Positions 10,121-22,500 of a stretch of 64,000 nt of DNA are shown piece after piece. Location of the stretch: assembly GCA_035084275.1 (NCBI GenBank), contig CM068750.1:13888001-13952000 (forward strand). The letters run 5' to 3'. Position 1 is the stretch's first letter, and the number at the start of each line of letters is the position of its first letter. The DNA is from Hydrolagus colliei (taxonomy: Eukaryota). Made by a program: the position numbers and the translations under genes. The notes below the pieces were generated by a model. That model was not told the origin of the DNA. It searched no databases and was given only the letters and a program-made list of their open reading frames with translations.

Positions 10121-13119
10121 CTTTCATGTCAAGAGGATGTACTAAATACAATTAAATACTCCTAAATACAACTATAATTATTCCACGTTTCATTTGTCAG
10201 TCAATGCACTGGATTGGGGAGGGGTGGGAGGTAACAGGATTTTGTTGATACCCATTTATATGCCTTTTATCTTAGGAGGACATCTCTCAAAATGCAGCAA
10301 AAATGCAAGCTCTTCCTGTCCTCCTTTTCTCTGCGAAGCTTTGGATCAAAAGGTTTCGTTGGAGCCTGTCATTATTTGACTTCTTTTGGCGATTTTTCTG
10401 AATGGCCTTTCACTGTCGATCATTCAGCATATTATCACAAAGATATTAGAAGTGAAGGCTCACTGTGCAGATTTGAGAAGAAATGCCCTTTAGATCAAAG
10501 ATCGTCCTCTAATCTGGCTTCATGACTGGTATCGAACTCAAGACATGGTCTGCGCTCTGGGAATAGTTTACGAATCCTAGAGTAAACGTTGACATCAATT
10601 GTAAATCAATGTATCAGTCTTTGAAATTAAAATGTTATTTTAGAATTATAATGTTGAGGCTTTGCCTTCAACTTAATCGACTGCCGCGTTTCGCCCACAA
10701 AATACACAGTCAATGTCTGTGAAGCGCTTTGAGACGTCTCAATGGTGGGATAAGGTGCTGGTATCAAATGCAACGATTGTTATTCTTGTCTTTACGTAGT
10801 TACGTTGATTTCTTTCGCCGCCCCCTTAATCTGCTGTGGAATGAAATAACGGATTTGTCAAACACAGAAGCGCACAGTCGGTTTTCAGTCAATGATAAAG
10901 GAAGCCCAAAGCCTCGCAACAGACAGCAGCACTGAGACCAACAGCACCCACAGCCCTCCACCCCAAACCCCCCACCCCCCATAATATCTCACAAACACGA
11001 ATGATCAATTGTTGGCCAGGACACACTCCCTTCCTTACCTTGTCAAATAATCATGGGACCTCAGTTTAAAGTATCATCCAAAGGACTACATCTCTGCCAA
11101 TATAGCACATACACACTCTAATCACTACGCTGGAGCATCAGTCGATTGCTAAATGGAATTAAGAAGGGTCAACCCAGAAAATATTTAATAATAATCCTTG
11201 CATTTGATATAGCACTTTATTAAAATGGATGGGGTGGCTGTTTTCGAGTTCAGTCTCGTTGCCCCCAGCTCACGTGCTCTCATCTGCACTGGGCATCTCT
11301 AAAATGCACAGATTATAAATCGCTTCCTATTTCAGGCACCACCTCATTTTAAATTACAACCACAGATCCTTGGCTGCAAAATGGTTTAATCAAAGATAAA
11401 CTGCAATACTTTCAAAGTGAATCCTTAAATTCCCAACTGAAGATAGGCTCAGCGCAAGTTTCAACGGCAGCCACGGCAACAGTGTGTAGATATGTTGAAT
11501 AATTCTAGCAAGGTGCAAAAATGGCTGTAAATCCCTCACCAATAGTACTGTTGAAATGCCAGATGGCGCTGCCCTCTCTCTCCTCCTTTTATAATAGTGA
11601 ATTAACCTGGTTTCAAAGGAAATAATTCTCCAGGGAGCTGACCAGCAGAGGGGAAGAGAGGATGAAAGGGCCAGTGGTCTCTATTGACAGGGAGGTGGAA
11701 AACACATTAATAGACACAGATCCTGTGATGTCCTATCCCCCAGATAATTATAATAATCTTTGCATTTAATATTGCTCCTCATCACATCATTGAGATATCT
11801 CAAAGCATTTCATAGAATATACTGTAAAGTGAATTGACTGGATTTTGTTGACAAAACATGGGAGCAAATTGTGCACAGCAGTGTCACACAAACAGACCAA
11901 ATTTGTTTTTAAGGCATGAAATCTCTCCCAGATAAAATCAGTCCTTCACTTTTTGACTGTGTATGGGACATTGCTATAAGCAAATTGGCTGCCACGTTCA
12001 CCTACAAAATTCAGTCACTACACTTCACAGTAAATCCCGTGAAGCGCTTTGAGACAGACATCTCAAAGGCACAATTAGGTGTTTCATGAAATACAAGTAT
12101 TATTAGTATTATTATAACAAAATGTTCTGAACTCAGTCAAGGACAAGAGTTTCATTTACAAAAAGTTTACCAAAATTCAATCCTGATGCTTTTCACGTTT
12201 TTTTTGTAAAATCAGAAACAACTTATTTCACCTTGCAAATGCAAAAACAATTTAATGAAGCATAAAGCGCTGGTAACACCATCTGTGTATTGGAACTATA
12301 CAAGTCTCTAAAATTGCTTAAATTGGCACAGTGTGATTTTTTTTGTTACATTAATATTCTGCAGCAGAATGCAGAACCAAAGGGAGTTTCTCCCAAAGTC
12401 CTACCAACAATTCCTGGAATATAACTGATCATTTACTTCACCGCTGTATGTGGGAAATTCCATGAGCAAATTGGCTGACCCCTTCACATACTTGGATGTA
12501 GTGTGTGAAGCAGATTGAGACATCCTTCCTATGTAAAATGTATGCTTTTTTAATGATCCATTTTTTGAAAACATATCATCTCCTTTCTTACCTTGTACAT
12601 GTTGCTCTTATAAAACAAACACTGAAACAGACGCTCTACAAAAATAGGCAGCTGGCAAGCAATCACCTGAGCTGCCACATTTGTTATATATGTCAGTGTA
12701 CATGACAGTATACCTATCCTGTGAAGAACTTGAGATGTTGTCTTGACGTGAAAGGTTTGGTACCAAATGTAAGGGAAATTATTGTTATTTATTATCCTCT
12801 ACTTCACTCCCAAAACTGGCCTGAAGAGGAAGAGACCAAGCAAATTAGATCAACCTTTCAACTGTAAACAGGTCTGGGTAAGTGGTTAAATACCAGTAAT
12901 GTTATATAACTGCTCAGAACCTCAAGGCAGAGTTGAACAGCAAATTAATGCATCCGCTCTTGCTATTCGTGGAGCCCTGTAGGACAGGAATGGTCCAACT
13001 TCTGAGGGCTGGATTTCGTTTTTGAGAAATGTCCCCGTGCCTCATGAGCAATATTTTGTATTTCCCGTACAGAAACATAACATGTATCTATTATGGAGGG
13101 TGCGGGTGGACTTTTCCTG

Positions 13120-13410
13120 AACAGGGCGAAACCGTGGGCAGGTTTCCTTACTCCACTTGGTTAACCAAGCAATAGGTAGGAACTGGGTAGCTAATCGATT
13201 GGCGGATTACTTTTCTGGGGGTAATAATCTCTTCAAAAGTGAATAACCAATCACTTGGGCACTCAATCCATGACTCTTTGTGCACGTTTGGCTGCCGCGT
13301 TTTACCCGTAAAATATACAGTCAATTCACTTTACAGTATATTCTGCGAAGCACTTTGACAGTCTAAATGATTTGATCATATCAAATGCAAGGATTTTATT
13401 ATTATTATTT
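13120..13410 (+). mobile_element. SINE, intermediate-length variant with extra central segment
   Basis: CAGGGCGAAACC..GGGCAGGTTTCCTTACTCCAC, then a longer centre, then the shared tail. Confidence 0.75.
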
Positions 13411-13921
13411 GGAACAGCAATCCATTCCTTGTTCTGAGACAAATGGGGAGAATGGAGCTGTATTACAACAGCAAAACTGATGATTTTTTTGTTCCCCTAA
13501 AAGTGCAGCTAAGTGGGCAGAGTATTAAATGTTCAAGACAGGAGTTTTAACGGATAAAAGTAAATGTAAATGTAAACCTTACTTGGCTAAGGCGATGGCA
13601 GATGTGTTACATTAGGTTATCACATCAACGGATGAAAACTGAACCGATTCCAGATCCCATCAAAATGCCTGAACAATGGATAACAAGCCGGTAAGTCAGG
13701 AAACCACATGATGAAGAAATGGCACGGATTAAGTGTCTACATTGCACCTGGTCCAGATGGGATCAATCTACAAACCTCAAAGAAAATCGGTGAAACGTCT
13801 GGTTAATATTCATGGGTGTTCCATAAATACAAAGGCTTCACCTGAGCCATGCGACAGATTACCAGACTTCAGGTAATTCCGCTATTAAAACTAGACAAAG
13901 AGGGAGAGCAGGAGATCATCT

Positions 13922-14170
13922 TCAGCACTCGCCTCGCAAGCTGTGGGATCCAGGTTTGATTCCCACGAAGGGCGAAACCTTGGGCAAGTTTCTTTACTCC
14001 AAACACCCAGCAGTAAGTAGGAACTCAATGACTGTTTGTGGGGCACTGCTGTGCACAACTGACCGCCATGGTTCGCCCACAATATATACAGTCAATTCAC
14101 TTTGCAGTATATTCTGCGAAGCACGTCGAGATGTCTCAATGACTATATCAAATGCAAGGAATATTTTTTT
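13922..14170 (+). mobile_element. SINE copy
   Basis: AGCACTCGCCTCGCAAG...GGGCGAAACCTTGGGCAAGTTTC...ATCAAATGCAAGG. Confidence 0.8.
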
Positions 14171-14246
14171 ATATGACCAGCATGTGTAAAGTCTCCCCAA
14201 AGATTACATGACACATTCACTGTTAACCACCGTTCATCTACTTTTC

Positions 14247-14252
14247 TTTATT
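14247..14252 (-). terminator. Candidate DAAM1 polyadenylation signal (AATAAA), implying a 3' UTR of about 2.1 kb
   Basis: AATAAA on the - strand followed by GU-rich TGAATGTGTCATGT. The stretch 14230-16333 is free of SINEs, as expected for a UTR. Confidence 0.5.
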
Positions 14253-16333
14253 GCATGTTACCACTATTAGGAACTTACAGGTCAGAAAGGTACATGGTAT
14301 TGTGTGAAAGTGACTTGACTGTTCAACATGTTAAGTAATGACATCGCACTAAATTACCAAGCTAATGAGAACCTCGGCATACATTCCGGTTTACAAATAT
14401 TTTATAGTCTTTTTTTTTGGCATGGTTTTCAAAACTGTTGTGAAAGACACACACACACATACATACACACACACATACATACAGATCTCCAAGGAACAAA
14501 TGGGACTTCTAAAGGAACCAGCACCAGTCTAAAACACTTAACAGTGGCACATGGAACTGCTTTTAGCTTCCACTTCAGAAAGCCAAACAAAGATGGATTG
14601 TGTCAGAATCCAGAAGATGAGACACACGCAAACACACACATATGTACACACACACACACACACCAATCAGACCTAAGGTTTTTTATTGTGTTCCCCCTCT
14701 TTGTAGGACCGATCAGGACACTCATTCTCCTAGCCAATAGTTTATTCTGCACAGTGTCCAAACCAGTTGTTTTTTTTTGTTATATATTTTTTAAAAATCA
14801 GATACTGAATCCTCTAGTTTACTACAGTGAGCATTGTTCTCAAACACAAACCTGTTTGCAGGCACTTTGGTTAAGGGATCAAGTCACTATACATTGGGAA
14901 GAAAGATGGGAGGGGGTGTGGGGGAGCGGGTGAAAAAAAAGACAGCCAAGTTGATACCAAATTAAGGTCCATTTATAACCATGAGAATTTGGTAAAAAAA
15001 AACTGAATCAGTTTTGTTACAGTACTTGAAATATATAATGGTCTGAAACCTCTCCCAATTATGTCCAAATATAAATAGGCTAGAAGGTTCAAATGTCCTA
15101 AAGTATTCACACGGTCTTCTTTACATTACAGCATAGTGTTTTTCAGACTGCAGGAGAGGGTGGCAGATACATATGAACTTACCAAAGGTCGCGCAACCTT
15201 TCAATTCCATATCGCACACTTTCTTTTCAACACAAATCGCTCTCTCTCTCTCTCTCTCCCCCACCCCCCCTCCCCCATACCCAGAAAAAAAAATACAACT
15301 TGCAAAACAAAAACAAAACAATATAATAAGCAGCTCCGTTGTATTCTGTGTCTGGTTACGGTCTTGCACTAGACCTGCCAGTAGCAAGGAGAAAGCTTAA
15401 ACATATTTCTCGTCGTCTCTTCAGAGAACCCTTTTACCATCATCCCCATTAAGTGTGGATTTTTTAAATATATATATTATTATATATATATAAAAAAAGC
15501 AAAGGAAATCTGGATATAACCAAGTTGCTATACACAAATTCCCCATGGTCTTGCTTCTTAAATGAGAGGAGAATTTTTGTGGGGGTGGGAGGGGTGGGGA
15601 ATTTAAACCAAAAGTTCAATATAGAAGCCTTGTTTCTGCCCCTCCAAATCATGAATGACGCCTTGAATAATCATCGAGGAAATCTACCCAACTGCTCGCA
15701 ACTGAGTCAGCCTCAAATGTACGGGTTCTTCGGCTTCAGGTATTCCTTTCATGCTCGGCCTTCATTCATTCACGATCTCCTTAACATGCCTCAGCCACTT
15801 CATAGTCAAAGCCAAGGGTTCAAAGTCGTTCAGTTCGTTCCACAAGTCCCTGGCAATGTATCAACACCATATTCCCTCCCCCTTTCCCTCCCGCTTGGGT
15901 GCAAGGCTGTCACAACAGTAGAACCTTTTGCGGGAAGCAAAAACAACCACTTTTCTTCATCAGGAAGAAAACAAAAAAACTCACAATGGGTGGCATGGGG
16001 AAAGAGTGTGGAGCAGGGGTCAAATGTCTTAGGAATTGGTTCACTGCTTCGGGGAGAGGGGAGTGGGGGGAGGTTGTGCTTCAGCACCAAAAAAGGGCCC
16101 AGACTTCTCTTTGCACGGACAGTGGTGCAAATTCACACAGCCGCAAGGAGGGTAAAGGGGGCGGCAGTCACCGATAGGAATGAGAGGCAGTGGAATCGCT
16201 CAGTGGAATCGAAACTTAATGGTGACGTGCTAGCCTGCGGCTACTGAGGCTGTTGTGTTGCTTCACCTTCACCACCACCACCACTACCACCACCACAGCG
16301 AGCGAGCGTGCGGGCGGGCGGGTGGGGCAGGGC

Positions 16334-16540
16334 TCAGTAATTCAGCTTAGTGACTGGTCGCTCCCGACTGCTCTCGGTCACCTGGCTGCTCCCTCGCTTG
16401 CGGTTGCGCTTCAGCTTGAAGTCTTTGTCGAAGACTTCTCCCGACCGGAGCGCCGACACCAGGTCGTCAAACTCGCCGCCTTCCTCTCCGCCCTCTTTCG
16501 CCTTCCTCGCTTTGCGTTCCCTCTCCCGCTGCTCTTTCAG
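16334..16540 (-). CDS. DAAM1: DAAM1 last coding exon (DAD, stop)
   Basis: [49 protein letters not shown]...[12 protein letters not shown] acceptor at 16541-42. Confidence 0.95.
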   Translation of the reverse strand: MKEQRERERKARKAKEGGEEGGEFDDLVSALRSGEVFDKDFKLKRNRKRGSSQVTESSRERPVTKLNY

Positions 16541-19500
16541 CTAAAAGAAAAAGTATACATACCGTTTAGTAATATATATCCATACCGACCTGCCGGCTCC
16601 CTCTGCTCAGCGGACTCCAGCCTGTTCCATGCCCCCCTCCCTGCCCGCCTCACCAACAGCAGTCAGGCCTTCTGGCCCCCCACCCTTTGGAACTCCACCC
16701 CACAGTTCCTTGTCCTTGCCCCCTCTTGTTGCCTCCTTCAAGGCTCTTCCTTTTCAATCACCTGCTTACACCGAACCCTGCACCCCACCGATCCCAAACC
16801 CCAGCTCAGGTGCAAATTCTTAACTGTCCAGTGTTTTGGGACGTCCTCTCAATGTTGTTATTGTAGTAAGGAAACTTAATTCACAAGAGAGGGTCAGGTG
16901 AAGTGACTTCAGTCTATCTGATCTCATCCCTCGAGAACATCCCCCTTCAACTCCCATCACAAGACCAATAAAATTACATTTGCTTATCAGAGCATCAAGC
17001 TGCTTTTTGAATGAGTCAAGCATCCTGGCTTCAACTATCCTTCCCACACCCTGTCCTGTTCCACTCGACAAGATCGCTAAAGGAAAGATGAGTTAAGGAC
17101 GTATGTGGGCAAGGTTTAGTACAGGCTGTAAACTTGTAAGAACATATTCCTATATACACTCATGGTGTCTGACCTGTGCTTCCATCTTTGCCCTTCGCTC
17201 TTCCTCCTCCTTCCTCCTCCTGATGTTCTCATTCTCCTGCTTTGCTTCTGTGAAAGCCTGGAGGAACTGATCAAACATCCCGAAGAAATCGTCCGGCTGG
17301 ATTTTGCCAGACTCTTCGCCAAAGTGCTTCACGGCTTTGTTAAACTGCAGAGACAAAATTATGTTTGCAGGTCAGATGGCAGACAGTGAAAAGGAATCTC
17401 ACTAACATGGTCCTAAGGCTGGATGCTCATTGCTGTGTGATATTTCTCATCAAAGCAATACTGTACAATACAATTAACCAGTCCCAAACAGTACTCAGAT
17501 TGAAATGTACGACAGACAATTAACATATTTTGTTTGTGAAAAAAAATCCTCACGTGGCTTCAGCTCAAAGCAATTCAGTTTTCTCCCGTGTACAAATAAT
17601 AGCTTTCAGGACTCTCTGTCTGCAGTAGGTTTAGATAAACAAAAGCAGGGAGGGAAGTTCATAACTTGTGACTATATTTTACAAAACGTTTAATTTTATT
17701 TTCCTTTCAAGAATAATTTAAATTGTTTCCATATAATTTAATTTATTTTAATAAACAAAGTGTTTCAGCGTTCTGTGATGCCATCTATTCTGTTGTGCAA
17801 ATGGAAGCTCTTACTGTTGTTGCTTAAATCTGGGGTGTGTCACATTGGCAAAAAAGTCCTGAGGAAAAGCACTACGAGTTCCCGCTGAGAAATCATGGGC
17901 GAGTTTACAATGAGTTTAATGTCCTGTTAAATACTAGACACCAGCCAGGCTCAGTCGATAGCCCTCTCACCGCACAGTTAGAGGGTGATGGGTTCAAGCC
18001 CAACGACCGTGACTTACAACTCACAATCTGGGCTGACAAGCCATTGCAACTCTGAGTCAGGGCGGCATGGCTGGAGGTTCTCTGCTTCAGACTAAATCAA
18101 TCATTCACTACGTACGTGGCTGTCTGGATGTTGCTCTGCGCTGCTCTGGCTGCCCACAGAATATAGAGTCACTGCACTTTATAGCAATTTCCGGTGAAGT
18201 TTTTTTTAACCAAAATTCACATCTTTGGGACATGCCACATCAAATGCAAGGATTATTATTGTTACTTCTTGGTGCTATTTAACAGGACTTTAAATACAAC
18301 AACAGTCTGTGAACAATTAACCAAATGAATGTCAGTGCAGATCCCCAAATATCACAAACATTCCTTAACTATTTATAGGTTCTGAGTAATGTTATCTAAA
18401 AACTTTGCTTATTTGGCCTTGTCCTATGTCTTGATAAGTGACCACAACACAGCCCTGTTCCCCATAAGGGCAGCAATGGGACCTTGGCAATGCAGGTGGC
18501 CAGGAACAAGCACATTAGGCAGAGAATCACTTCACTGCAATTTGTCTGGGCTGTGGTTTGTTCCGGGTTACAGCATTTGAATAACAACGTGCACATATAT
18601 ATAGTGCATTTCATGTAGGAAAATGAATCAGAACCATTGGTGCCAAGAGCGAGTCTTTTACCCCCATCTTATTACAATATGAAACATATCAATATTCCAG
18701 CACCTTGGGACGTCCTCCCGATGTGAAAGCCATTCTATAAATGTAATTTTGTTGTTGTATATTGGTACACTGCCTTTCATGTCGGGAGAACGTGCCAAGG
18801 TGCTCAACAATAACAGCATAAACCCCAAGCTGGGGTGGAAGGCAACGTGAGTGAAGGGGGGGAAACATGGCCAAAAGCACCGACAAAGAGGCAAGTCTCA
18901 AGCCAGAAACTGAGTGAGATGCAGGGAGGAGGGAATGAATCAGAGCGACTCCAGGATGGAGTTCTAGAGAATGGGCACAGATAGTCTGAAAGCCCCGCAA
19001 ATCCAATTCTTACTCCCTTTCTTCAATGCTCCTGGTTTTCCACCAACATTGACTTATTTAGCAAACACCAATAAAAGCAAAAATATAAAGAGGTTAACAT
19101 GCACACACTCGGCACACACTTATTTTACATAATATATTCACAATAAACGCTGAATTGTAAACTGCTCATTCTCTCAATCACTTTGATGTTATTTTTCACT
19201 ACGCAGTTTCACGATTAATACCATCTGCACATCTGTTTTTTTGAACAAGTCTAGGTCAATAATGAATTCATTATCATGCACGGAACAGGAACTAGGAAGC
19301 TCGCTATGGCTTTGAATAAGTGATGTTGTAGCACACAAATTACTGAGAACATCAAGCTCTTAGTAAGATTTATTAAACTGGATTACGTTTCAGAAATGTA
19401 GAAATTCACAGTATATGTCTATCCTGGGTTTTGGAATGAGCAATCCATAATACTGATTCCTATTTTACCTTCCCTTTTATCCTCACCTCCCTTGTAAATT

Positions 19501-22500
19501 GTTCTTTTGGATATCTTCAAATGACAACAAAATATACAGTCACTACATTTTACATTAAAAAAAAACCTGTGAAATGCCTTGACATTTGGATAGATGCACT
19601 CCCAATGTGAAATATGAAAGGCAAGGATTACTATATTATGTATTTAGTTTCCTCTTGAAGGTCATTTTAGACCTTGCCTCAATCCATTGTGTCTACAAGG
19701 TGCTCCACATTCTAATAGCTATCTCTGTTCCAATTCCACCTAAGCCCCCAATTTGCTCCTTATTTTACTAGTTTGGAACACTCTTACCCCAATCCTTTTG
19801 CCTTCCCCACACTCTCCCCTTTTTCAAGTCCTGCCTTGAAACCTTCCTTTTTTGACCGTGGTTAGGGTCAACTCCCCCCTGCCCCATCATCCCCCCCAAC
19901 TAGCTCAGAGTCAGGCTCCGCTATTGCTAAGAGCTCTGAGATGCTGCCCAACGTGGAGGGTGATATATAAGTACAAGTTGATATTGTCATTGTTATTTTA
20001 AATTGACAGCTCTAGTCATTGATTAACAGTGGGCCACACTCGGCAGAGTGGGACAGAGGCTGTCAGAGAAAGCCAGCGGTGGAATAGGATCCAGACACAC
20101 ACAACCCACAGAAATGGGTATGGCACTTCCTGCAGTCTTTTAGGAAGAGAGGCTTATATTGTAAAAATAACTATAATTTTTTTATTGTATATTATATACA
20201 AATTAAATTTATATATACATCATGTATTATGTATATATATATACACACACACACACAATATACAAGTAATTATAGTTAGATAAAAATTAAAATATGTACT
20301 CATTGGCAGGATCTGGAAGGACAGACAGGTCACTGAGGGTAGGGACTTCACTCCTGTTAACCCTGGAAACCAAAGCCATAATGGGTAGGGTGGTCCTCGC
20401 TGGACAAACAGCGGGAAAGCTTGCAGACAGTGCTTTCAATAGCAAGCTATGTGGTTTTACTGGTTAGGATTCCACGGGGCTGGCTAAAAACAAAAAATTA
20501 TAATGTATATTTATTTACCAGTTCCTTAGCGTCTGAGAGGAGATCTTCTGCATCAGAAAAGCTGAAACTTGCCAGAGTGATGAACTGACTGACAACGGAG
20601 ACAAACTTATCACCCGGCTGTAGCACTTGGGTCTTCTGGTATTCCAGCTCCTGTGGAAACAAAAGGGAGTTGGTGTCAGCCTTCCCAACACCCTGCTCTT
20701 GGCTTTTTAAAAATTCTATGCACTGTTCAGTCAATAAAAGGCATTACAAAACATGTAGTAAAATTCAGTTTGCAGTTTCAGTGAGTTAACCCTCAAAGGT
20801 TGTACAAGGTCACGCTGCTCTCAAGTATTCCACCCAAGCGTAGCTTGGCTGGGTGAGGCGAGGTGAAGGTGGGGGGGGCGGGAAGTAAGGTCGTACTTCC
20901 CCTATAAAATGTCTGCAACAATAGACGTGAGCATGAAAGCTAAATTTAAAAAAAAACACACACACAAAAGCAACCAGCAACCCAGAGCTGGACAATATGC
21001 TTCCTGTGACTGAAACATTAGCTGCTCACAATGCACGACCCCCACAGTGATAGATAGATAGATTCTCCACCAACACTCATAAATGCTGGCTTCAGCCTTT
21101 CACAGTAACAGTGCTAAGTTTACTGTCCGTGTCTTACTCACGTTTGTGAGCGAGCGCAATGATCAGTAGTGCCCTCCAACATCAGTACATGTACCAAGTC
21201 ATTGAGTTAGGGCAGACAGGAGTTCCCCACGAGCTTCCTAATCTCTCTGTTGGGGGAATTCCTTCCCGAACCGGAGTGCAAGCGCCAGCCGAGCGGGCGA
21301 TACCACAAGCGGATTAGGATTGCATGAGGCACTGCAGGCCCTTAGCGCGAGCAGAGAAACCAAAGCGTTCAAAAAGGTTCACAGATGTACAATGTGGAAA
21401 GGAAAAGGGAGAACACGTGCTCCCTAGGAAGGAAATCAAAGTCTCTTGTGAAGGGGAAACCGGATAGCACTAATCACTGGCAACGTTTCCCACCCACGGC
21501 TTCCTTTGGACGTTTTAATGAGAAGACCCAGGGCCGTAATAGAACAATTGCTGCTTCGTGATGGTGGTGGTGTGGGTGGGGGGAGGTGGGTGTGCGGGGG
21601 GGTGGGGAGGAACCAGGGGGATTGCTTACATTCTCCACTGCCTTCAGACCACTTCGCAGGTTGTTGACCTCCTTCTCCAGTTCAGTCATACTGAAAACAA
21701 ACAGGTCAATTGAAGGATATCAAAGAGAGTTTGACTTCCAAAATCAAATCCCACTAAAGAATGGCCAATGTCAAAGAAGACCCCACCTCACCCCAATGCT
21801 GTTCATTTCCTCCTCCCCCACCCAAATCACCCAAGCCCTTCGCTCACACCCCAATGGAACCTAAACTGCTTGCTCTCATCTTTCACCTCTGATGGACTCA
21901 AATCTATCCAGGGTGAGGACCTTTGGGACGTCCTCCTGACGTGAAAGGCATATACAAGTGTCATTTTATTGTTGTTGTTAAAGTCAATAAACAACAAGGA
22001 GACTGGGGAGGATGGGGATGAGGGGTGTTGTTGTTGTTAAAGTCAATAAACAACAAGGAGACTGGGGAGGATGGGGGTGAGGGGTGTGTGAAGCTATGCG
22101 TGGACTGTATAGGATGTAGAGTTTTGGATGAACGTTTCAGCAATATTGGGCAAAACTTAGGTGGGCGAGAGACAGGGACAATGGTGGGTGATATGAAGAA
22201 GATCAAAAAAAAGTTGTGGTCAAAAGCCCAGATGTGAGGAGCAAACCCTTTTAGCACCTACAAAGAACATCGCAACATTCACTCAATTCTCAATATTCAA
22301 AGCAAAATTACTGTATACAAATTAATAAAAAATCTCTGCTGGTCTCGGCATTTGCCCTTTTTTCTAAAAAAAAGTCATTTCTCACAAAGACTTACTTCAC
22401 TTTGGCAGCTTGGGGGATGCTCTGCAAGTCACCATGAATGTTCACCACTTTGGGATATTTCTTCTCCAGAATTGTAATCAAATAGTGCAAAAGGGTAATG

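Noticed and set aside
16241-16336. Possible stop-codon readthrough extension of DAAM1 (about 30 codons to the next TAG)
   Set aside because: The context is TGA-GCC, not TGA-CTAG, and the extension is simple-repeat derived.
14328-16879. Plus-strand ORFs of 201, 240 and 208 aa
   Set aside because: They are antisense to the DAAM1 3' UTR and last exon, run through microsatellites and an L2 remnant, and show no domain-like sequence.
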